Shown here in pieces: positions 36,690 through 43,346 of a stretch of DNA of 43,346 nucleotides. The notes beneath the pieces are model-generated. The model was not told the origin of the DNA. It did not search any database and saw nothing but the letters and a program-made list of their open reading frames with translations. Numbering within the stretch: position 1 is the first letter of the stretch; every line of letters starts with the position of its first letter. This DNA comes from Bryobacteraceae bacterium (GTDB lineage: Bacteria; Acidobacteriota; Terriglobia; Bryobacterales; Bryobacteraceae): the NCBI GenBank assembly GCA_049579625.1, contig JBAUOG010000798.1, forward strand, positions 1 to 43,346. The letters run 5' to 3'. The translations under genes were made by a program, and so were the position numbers.

Positions 36690-36790
36690 AGCCGCCCGCC
36701 GGTCAGCAAGTCCCTCAAGGCGCCGGTGAGATTCAACGCTGCGGCGGGAATGTTCAAGCGGGAAAAATCAGCTAAAAAAGGAAATGATGT

Positions 36791-37027
36791 ATGGTGAGCT
36801 GCCCAAAATGTGATTCGCCTATAGACGTGGAAGAGGAAGATTTGGACGAAGGCGATGTGCTCTCGTGCGATGAGTGCGGAGCTGCTCTGAGTGTCGCAAG
36901 CGTAAACCCGGTGGAACTGGTAACCGAAGACGATAAGGATGAAGAGGAAGATGAATTCGGCTTCGACGACGAAGAGGATGAGGACGAAGACGACGACGAT
37001 GAAGAGGAAGAAGAGGAGTGGCACTAG
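36791..37027 (+). CDS. LysW/ArgW-like zinc-ribbon protein with long acidic tail
   Basis: CPKC...EGDVLSCDECGAALSVASVNPVEL resembles LysW (CPECG..GELVVCEDCGAELEVV..DPLRL); the tail ends EEEEEEWH, not EDWGE. Confidence 0.75.
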   Translation: MVSCPKCDSPIDVEEEDLDEGDVLSCDECGAALSVASVNPVELVTEDDKDEEEDEFGFDDEEDEDEDDDDEEEEEEWH

Positions 37028-37070
37028 CCTTTCTCTCGGTTGCGATCAGACTGGCGGTACTTAGTTTAGG

Positions 37071-37427
37071 ATGCATTCCTTCAAATACCTGATTGGCGTA
37101 CTAATTCTGCCCCTCGCCTTACTAGTGACCGTTGGCTTCCCGGCAGCCGGCACGGAGAGTAGCGGGGGGACGCGCTCCGTGGAAGGTAAGGTATATGACT
37201 CAGCGGGAAAGATCGTAATTGGCGCGGTGGTGCAAATCAAAGACCTCAAGTCTTTGCAAATCCGCTCTTTCATTACACAAAGTGATGGTGGTTACCGGTT
37301 CTTAGGACTCAGTACAGAAGCGGATTACCAGTTATCCGCGAGTTACGCCGGCGCGTCGAGTAAGCCGAGAACGCTGACGGTCTTCGATAGCCACAAGAAG
37401 GCTGTTGTTGACCTAAAGCTGAGGTAA
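37071..37427 (+). CDS. Secreted carboxypeptidase-regulatory-like domain protein
   Basis: Signal peptide; [35 protein letters not shown] beta-sandwich pattern. Confidence 0.8.
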   Translation: MHSFKYLIGVLILPLALLVTVGFPAAGTESSGGTRSVEGKVYDSAGKIVIGAVVQIKDLKSLQIRSFITQSDGGYRFLGLSTEADYQLSASYAGASSKPRTLTVFDSHKKAVVDLKLR

Positions 37428-37609
37428 AGAAGATACTTGGGATGTGTAGTGTGAGTCATCGCGCTGACGTCCGCCGCCGGGCTGAGGCGGTCGGTGCCGG
37501 CAACACTAAGGACCGCCGTCAACGAGCTCATGACGACCTTGGACCCTTAACAGGAGGTGACGTCACGGCCTTTTGCCGCCGAAGCCGGTCCGGTATCCGA
37601 TCGATAGGA

Positions 37610-40600
37610 ATGAATCGTGCGATAAGGGCCGCTATGATTCTGGCCTTGCCGTTGACTCACGGTTGCCAATGGAATCAGCCGTTTGCCAGCCACAGCCCGG
37701 TCACCTCGGTCAAGGAAATCCGGCAATTATCCAGCGAGCAGGTGAAGCGGGCGATTCCGGCTCGGATTCATGGCCACTGCGCGTTTACCGACCCCGACTG
37801 GAACGCAAACTTCTTTTCGGACGATGCCGACGACGGCATTCGGTTCGACAACCCCGAAGGCACAGTGACGTGTGATCCGGGGCGGGAAGCGGAGCTGTCG
37901 GGGGTTGTGGCAGCTGGGGCTCCGGCACCCCGGATTTCCAGTACAAAACTTCGCTTACTGGACCAGACGATCCCCTACAAAGGCATCCATCTGGAGCCAT
38001 CGCAACTGACCGAACCGCGTTTTGAATACGCCAGTGTTGAGTTCGATGCGATAGTCCGGTCAGCGGGCGTCGCCGGCACAGGCCGTATGCAACTGGTGCT
38101 GCAGTATGGACCGGAACGCATCAAAACCGCGATCGTTACCTTTGCGGGAACCGATATCGAATCCCTGGTCGATTCAGAAGTGCACGTAACCGGTGTCCTC
38201 GATACGGACTATGACGTGAACGGCGTGCCTGGGCAAATCCGCTTGTCGATCATGGATATGGCGGGCCTCGCGGTCATTCGAGCGGCCCCTCCCCAGGAGA
38301 GTGTCCCCACGACAAATGTCAAGCGGGTGCTGGCACAAGACAAGCCATCGAGTCACCGGGTTCGTTTGGTTGGGTCGATAAAAGAAAGTGCCGGCGCTGC
38401 CATATTCGCCGACGCCAGTGGTTCACTGGCGGTCGAGTTTGCGGAAGGACGGAGTCCGCTCTCAGGCAGCGAACTGGAGTTGCGGGGTTTCGTCGACGGA
38501 TCGAAAGGGACAGCAAGAATCGTCGATGCGAGCGCCACCGAGATATCGCCCGACAACGGCGAGCAAAAGACAGTCTTCACCGACACACACTCAATTCGAA
38601 TGTTGGGCCGACGCAAAGCCGGACGACACTATCCCGTTCGTCTCAGCGGTGTCTACGTCAGTTACTACGATCCCCAACAGGTACTGATGTTCGTTCAAGA
38701 TTTGACGGGCGGCATCTATGTCGACACCACGCGCCTGCGAGATCTTCCAATCAAGCCAGGAGATCTCGTTGATCTGGAGGGTGTAACTGACCCCGGCGGG
38801 TTCGCTCCGGAGATCGTAATTAAAAGGGCGCCGAGAGTCGTCGGGCGGGGTAGACCTCCGCGTCCGGCGCAGGTGAGCCTGGAAGAGATTCTGATGGGAG
38901 CCCAGGATAGTAACTGGGTAGAAGTAGAAGGAGTAGTGCAGTCGGTGGACAGAGAGGACGACCAAGCGATCATGCGCCTGCATTGGGGCATGCATCGGAT
39001 TAAGGTTTACGTCCTCCAGAACACGCCGCTACCTGCAAGCCTGATCGGTGCCAAAGTCAGGATACAAGGCGTGTGCGGGAGCGAGTTTAACGCCAGGGGC
39101 CAGTTCCTGAGCGCATCGATCTACGTATCCGACCTTAGCCAAAGCCTCAAGATTGAAAGTCTGCCGCTCAACCCGGGCTTGGTTCCATTTACCAATGTCC
39201 AAGATCTAATGGCCTTCACCGCTGAACGAGCGGCCGGCGAGCAGGTCCGGGTCAGAGGAAGAGTGACGCTCACTCGTCCCGAGGGACCAACCTATATTCA
39301 GGACACAACCGGGGGCATGCTGATTCGCACCCATACCCGCATTGCATTACGGGTCGGCGACCAGGTGGAGGTGCTGGGGTTCCCGGCCGGCAGCGACACG
39401 GGGCCGGTGCTGCGCGATGCGGAACTGACCAAGACCGGCCCAGCCACCGATGTCATTCCGGCGCCGATCACTGCGCCCCAGATTTTGGATGAAGGCTGCG
39501 AGCCGGTGTTGGTGACCATCGATGCGAAGGTGGTGGACAGTTCTTCAAACCAAGCAGGTCAGGTGCTTGAACTCAACGTAGGCAATAGCGTCTTTACCGC
39601 TCAACTACTCGGCTATAACCAGGTACTTCCATCAGTGGTTAAGGATTCGCTCGTGCGGCTGACTGGCGTCTGCACGATCGAGCCGTTCAGTGAGACGAAC
39701 CCGATTCCGCCTCGCAGTTTTTCCCTCCTGCTGCGATCACCGGCCGACATTAGGTTGTTGCGCGCCGCGCCATGGTGGACGGCGAAACGTACACTGAATG
39801 TCCTGGCTTGGATGTCACTGGTCATCGTTTCCATTCTGGTGTGGGTATTTGTGCTTCGCCGGCGAGTGAAGCAGCAGACGGAGGTGATACGCAGGAAGCT
39901 TTCGGAAGAAGAAGCGCTGAAGAGAGAGGCTGAGGCAGCCAACCTCGCGAAGAGCGAGTTTCTGGCAAACATGAGTCACGAAATTCGCACCCCCATGAAT
40001 GGGGTTCTGGGCTTTGCCGGCCTGTTGGGCCAGACGGATCTCAATGCCGAACAGCGCGAGTACATCGAGACGGTAGAGTTCTCGGCGCAGTCGCTGCTCG
40101 TGATTCTAAACGACATTCTCGATTTCTCAAAAATTGAAGCGGGCCAACTGCTGCTCGAGTCGGCGCCATTCTCATTACACGATTGTGCGCGGCATGCGAT
40201 GAACGTAATCAATCCCGATGCGCTGAAGAAGAAGCTGACCACAGTGGTAAACATCGCGAGCGACGTTCCCGATCACGTGCTGGGCGACGCCAACCGACTG
40301 CGTCAGGTGCTGCTGAACCTGCTAAGCAACGCGATGAAGTTCACGAGCCAAGGGACCATCCGGCTTGGGATCAACCTGCAGGAGGCAAATCCGGAGGATT
40401 GCCTGCTGTATTTCACAGTGGCAGACACCGGCATCGGTATCCCGAAGGAAGCGCAGGCAACCATCTTCGAGCCATTCCAGCAGGGTGATGGCTCAATCTC
40501 GCGCCGCTACGGTGGAACCGGATTGGGCCTCACCATCTGTGCGCGGCTGGTTAAACTCCAGGGCGGACAGATCTGGCTGACCAGCGAGGTCGGCGAAGGG

Positions 40601-40693
40601 ACCACAGTGCACTTCACGGCTCGCTTCAAGCCATTGCCGCCCGAAGCGATTGAGGCCGGGAAGGGTTTGAGGGAGTCCAAGAGCACGCGGTAA
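37610..40693 (+). CDS. Membrane sensor histidine kinase with a large repetitive (OB-fold-like) extracellular region
   Basis: Lipoprotein-like signal [21 protein letters not shown] after [19 protein letters not shown] (H-box), [23 protein letters not shown]. No receiver domain. Confidence 0.92.
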   Translation: MNRAIRAAMILALPLTHGCQWNQPFASHSPVTSVKEIRQLSSEQVKRAIPARIHGHCAFTDPDWNANFFSDDADDGIRFDNPEGTVTCDPGREAELSGVVAAGAPAPRISSTKLRLLDQTIPYKGIHLEPSQLTEPRFEYASVEFDAIVRSAGVAGTGRMQLVLQYGPERIKTAIVTFAGTDIESLVDSEVHVTGVLDTDYDVNGVPGQIRLSIMDMAGLAVIRAAPPQESVPTTNVKRVLAQDKPSSHRVRLVGSIKESAGAAIFADASGSLAVEFAEGRSPLSGSELELRGFVDGSKGTARIVDASATEISPDNGEQKTVFTDTHSIRMLGRRKAGRHYPVRLSGVYVSYYDPQQVLMFVQDLTGGIYVDTTRLRDLPIKPGDLVDLEGVTDPGGFAPEIVIKRAPRVVGRGRPPRPAQVSLEEILMGAQDSNWVEVEGVVQSVDREDDQAIMRLHWGMHRIKVYVLQNTPLPASLIGAKVRIQGVCGSEFNARGQFLSASIYVSDLSQSLKIESLPLNPGLVPFTNVQDLMAFTAERAAGEQVRVRGRVTLTRPEGPTYIQDTTGGMLIRTHTRIALRVGDQVEVLGFPAGSDTGPVLRDAELTKTGPATDVIPAPITAPQILDEGCEPVLVTIDAKVVDSSSNQAGQVLELNVGNSVFTAQLLGYNQVLPSVVKDSLVRLTGVCTIEPFSETNPIPPRSFSLLLRSPADIRLLRAAPWWTAKRTLNVLAWMSLVIVSILVWVFVLRRRVKQQTEVIRRKLSEEEALKREAEAANLAKSEFLANMSHEIRTPMNGVLGFAGLLGQTDLNAEQREYIETVEFSAQSLLVILNDILDFSKIEAGQLLLESAPFSLHDCARHAMNVINPDALKKKLTTVVNIASDVPDHVLGDANRLRQVLLNLLSNAMKFTSQGTIRLGINLQEANPEDCLLYFTVADTGIGIPKEAQATIFEPFQQGDGSISRRYGGTGLGLTICARLVKLQGGQIWLTSEVGEGTTVHFTARFKPLPPEAIEAGKGLRESKSTR

Positions 40694-40755
40694 ACGGCGA
40701 CATCGTTTCTGCTCTCGCGGTTGACGCGGGCGACGCTTTTCATCCGCTTCCGAGG

Positions 40756-40776
40756 CATCCGCTCCTTCACGGTCGG
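40756..40776 (+). repeat. Partial REP-like palindrome, family B variant
   Basis: catccgctccttcacggtcgg shares tccgctccttcac with the inverted copy at 36199-36211. Confidence 0.55.
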
Positions 40777-40963
40777 ACAAGGGGCATTCGCGGCGGCCCT
40801 GAAAACCCACAGGCTGCGCGAAAGCTCATGCTGGCCTCTGACCCACTGGAGTCGCAGATTGTTTCAACCCGGCTTCAGCCGGTGGCCTTGCTGAGACCTG
40901 TGCTGGTGTGAGATGCCCGCACTTGCGATCATTCTCATTTCTTCCGATGAGCATTCACCCAAT

Positions 40964-40991
40964 GCGGCTTGCGGACGCGCGCGGTTCACTG
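40964..40991 (+). repeat. REP-like palindrome, family B (degenerate)
   Basis: gcggcttgcggacgcgcgcggttcactg; lies between convergent genes. Confidence 0.65.
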
Positions 40992-41016
40992 CTGGAGTTC
41001 TCAAACAGGTGCTCCG

Positions 41017-42333
41017 CTAGTGTGCGGCATGGTCATTCCGATAGATCACGCCTTCCTTCATCACGAAGAACACGGACTCAGTGTTATGAATGTTCTGAAG
41101 CGGATCGCCGGGTACGGCGACGACGTCAGCGATCTTACCGGGTTCAAGCGTTCCAACCTTCGCGCCTAGGCCAAGCAGCTCCGCCGCGCTGGACGTGCCG
41201 GCCTTCAATGATTGAGCGGGTGTCATGCCATCAGCGCACATCAACCCGAACTCCCCGGCGTTATTGCCGTGAGGATAAACGGCCGCATCCGTCCCCAGCG
41301 CGATCTTAACGCCCATTTGGATGGCACGGCGCATCATGTTGTCCGCCTGCGCCATGGCGGCGTCCGCCTTCACCTGTACGACCGGGGGCAATTTCGACTC
41401 CCGGATGCCGGTGCGCACCATCAGCGTAGGAACGAGATAGGTCCCGTGTTCACGCATCATACGCATGGCTTCGTCATCCAGAAAGGTGCCATGCTCGATG
41501 GAATCGATTCCCGCGTTAATGGCGCGCTTGGCGCCCGCAGCGCCGTGGGCATGAGCCGCGGCTTTGCGGCGGAGTGCATGCGCCTCGTCGACCAATGCGT
41601 CGAGCTCAGCCTGCGTCAGTTGAGGTGTATCGACATCATCGGTCAGCGACAACACGCCGCCGGTGGCGCAGGTCTTGATGACATCGGCGCCATACTTCAC
41701 ATCCAGCCGCACGGCGGCGCGGGCCTGATCGGGAGAATTAATGACTCCATCCTCGAAATTCGTCTCCCGGCCGAATAGGCCATACCGGAAGCCGCCGTTA
41801 TCGCAGTGGCCACCCGTGGCACCGATAGCGTGAACAGCAACGAGCATTCGCGGCCCCACAATCGCACCTTTCGCGATCGCGTTGCGCAGACCGATGTCGA
41901 TGAAGTCCGATGAGCCAACGTCGCGAACGGTGGTGAAACCGCCCATGAGCGTCTTGCGCGCGTTGACCGAAGCGAGTAAGGCCTCTTCGGCGACGGTTAG
42001 CTTCAGGTTCAGCAACTCTTGCCCCTGAAAATCAGGGTTGAACGCCATGGAAAGGTGGGTGTGTGCATCGATAAAGCCCGGCAGCAGCGTCGCATCTCCC
42101 ATGTCGATGACCTCGGCGCCGGAAGGTACCGAAGATCCACCAGCCGATTGAATCTTGCCGTTGCTTATCACGACGAAGCCCGGCTCAATGATCTTGTCCG
42201 ACTTGCCGTCGAACATGCGAGCGGCGCGCAGAACGACGGTTTTGCCGGAGCCGGCCGGGGCGGAAATCTGGGCGAACGTTACGCCCGAAAAGAGCGCGCA
42301 GCCAACAAACAGGGATAACAGACAAGTCTTCAA
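41017..42333 (-). CDS. Secreted metal-dependent amidohydrolase (Xaa-Pro dipeptidase-like)
   Basis: LPGFIDAHTH, GFTTVRDVG, VIKTCATGG, AHAHG, IEHG, LGTDA; signal peptide; TTG 42333 preceded by AGGAG. Confidence 0.9.
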   Translation of the reverse strand: MKTCLLSLFVGCALFSGVTFAQISAPAGSGKTVVLRAARMFDGKSDKIIEPGFVVISNGKIQSAGGSSVPSGAEVIDMGDATLLPGFIDAHTHLSMAFNPDFQGQELLNLKLTVAEEALLASVNARKTLMGGFTTVRDVGSSDFIDIGLRNAIAKGAIVGPRMLVAVHAIGATGGHCDNGGFRYGLFGRETNFEDGVINSPDQARAAVRLDVKYGADVIKTCATGGVLSLTDDVDTPQLTQAELDALVDEAHALRRKAAAHAHGAAGAKRAINAGIDSIEHGTFLDDEAMRMMREHGTYLVPTLMVRTGIRESKLPPVVQVKADAAMAQADNMMRRAIQMGVKIALGTDAAVYPHGNNAGEFGLMCADGMTPAQSLKAGTSSAAELLGLGAKVGTLEPGKIADVVAVPGDPLQNIHNTESVFFVMKEGVIYRNDHAAH

Positions 42334-42395
42334 AGCGGGTTTTCTCCTAACAGGCACAAACAGCCAATATACAATTTGCACGGAGGCATAATTCA

Positions 42396-43043
42396 TTGAA
42401 TAGCAACGAGTCGGTCCGACTCATCAAGGAAATCGGCCTTGTGCCGGTGATTCGCACCTCAAACGCCGAGACCGCCATGCGCGCTGTCGAAGCAGTTTGC
42501 GAAGGCGGCATCCGGTGCGTGGAAATCACAATGACCGTGGACAGAGCAATCTACGCATTGGAACAGGTTGCGAACAAGTACGGCGACAAAGTGCTGCTCG
42601 GGGCAGGCACGGTGTTGGACCCTGAGACCGCTCGCAGTTGCATGCTGGCCGGAGCGAATTTCTTTGTCACACCGAGTCTGAACATAAAGACCATCGAGAT
42701 GGCTAAGCGTTACTCGAAGGCGATTTTTCCGGGTGCCCTGACACCGACCGAGATCCTGGCCGCATGGGAGGCGGGGGCAGACGCGGTGAAAGTCTTCCCT
42801 TGTAACGCGGTAGGAGGTCCGTCCTACATCAAGGCGCTAAAGGGTCCTTTCCCCCAAATCGAAGTGGTTCCTACCGGCGGGGTGAATCTGGAGACGGTGG
42901 GGGCGTTCCTACAGGCGGGGGCCTGTGCAGTCGGGGTAGGTGGAGAACTGGTGGATGGGAAGTCCTGCGCTGCTGGAAACTACCAGATCTTCACGGACCG
43001 TGCGCGGCAGTTCCTGGCAGCGGTGAAGGCGCATCGAGGCTAG
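42396..43043 (+). CDS. eda: KDPG/KHG aldolase
   Basis: VPVIR, VEITMT, GAGTVLD, FVTP, GALTPTEI, VKVFP, PTGGV; GGAGG RBS with TTG start. Confidence 0.93.
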   Translation: MNSNESVRLIKEIGLVPVIRTSNAETAMRAVEAVCEGGIRCVEITMTVDRAIYALEQVANKYGDKVLLGAGTVLDPETARSCMLAGANFFVTPSLNIKTIEMAKRYSKAIFPGALTPTEILAAWEAGADAVKVFPCNAVGGPSYIKALKGPFPQIEVVPTGGVNLETVGAFLQAGACAVGVGGELVDGKSCAAGNYQIFTDRARQFLAAVKAHRG

Positions 43044-43087
43044 GGGTAAACAGGTCTGGCGGATACGAAGGGATCACGAAGCAATCG

Positions 43088-43346
43088 TTATAGCTTGGGC
43101 TCAAGTCGCAGCGATTCGAAATACATCAGATTGTGATCGTGCGCGCTGGCCGGCCTAATTTGAACGAGATATTCACCGGCCTTCGGGAAGCGCACGGACC
43201 CTACATCAAAGAGCTGGTACTGAAACCAACCGGGAGTCGGGATAACCGACGCCGAGAGTTCAGTTGATCCAGCAGTTACGACAAACCGATCGTTTCGCGA
43301 CTCATCACGCGCAGCATAGCGGACTCGAATGAGATACCCTCCAGCC
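43088..43346 (-). CDS. Partial CDS (3' end), CBM6/35-like beta-sandwich as in glycoside hydrolase C-termini
   Basis: Manual translation ..AGGYLIRVRYAA...TPGWFQYQLFDVGSVRFPKAGEYLVQIRP...LMYFESLRLEPKL*; runs off the window edge. Confidence 0.6.
   Translation of the reverse strand, partial: AGGYLIRVRYAARDESRNDRFVVTAGSTELSASVIPTPGWFQYQLFDVGSVRFPKAGEYLVQIRPASAHDHNLMYFESLRLEPKL

Noticed and set aside
36473..37024. 183-aa minus-strand ORF with a very hydrophobic N-terminus
   Set aside because: The hydrophobic run is the reverse complement of the GAA/GAG/GAC-rich acidic tail of the LysW-like gene.

Overview
Bacterial chromosomal window with high GC and dense coding. Gene content and protein styles suggest Acidobacteriota, probably Bryobacteraceae-like (inference: fused lptFG, QYPGQ-repeat secreted protein, bactofilin paired with a methyltransferase-like gene). 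Most of it is housekeeping or metabolic: a MacB/FtsX-type ABC pair, egtB-egtD followed by an Opu/Osm-type ABC importer, glgP, rph-rdgB, a class IV aminotransferase, lysS-lolC/E, two glycosyltransferases, an aldo/keto reductase, a tldD-tldE-like/lptFG operon, a NarL-type regulator, glcD, a TlpA thioredoxin, two tandem PTPS genes with folE, a LysW-like protein, a large OB-fold sensor kinase, an amidohydrolase and eda. Features absent from or split in the ORF track, read by hand: an mrr remnant abutting the ABC ATPase, an internally deleted RAYT transposase between two inverted GTAG REPs with compensatory changes, a second dispersed REP family including a MITE/REPIN-like fold-back, a structured RNA plus terminator upstream of a Cys-rich gene, a 49-aa membrane protein before rph, and a K-channel gene broken by a palindrome. 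The best candidates for under-described biology are the fungal-Egt1-like egtB/egtD cluster with its own importer, the signal-peptide-bearing TldD/E pair linked to lptFG, the Cys-less plus CX5HGH PTPS pair with folE, the LysW-like protein lacking the terminal Glu, and the structured RNA. I recognised no rRNA, tRNA or CRISPR array. All family assignments come from motif recognition by eye; no searches were run.
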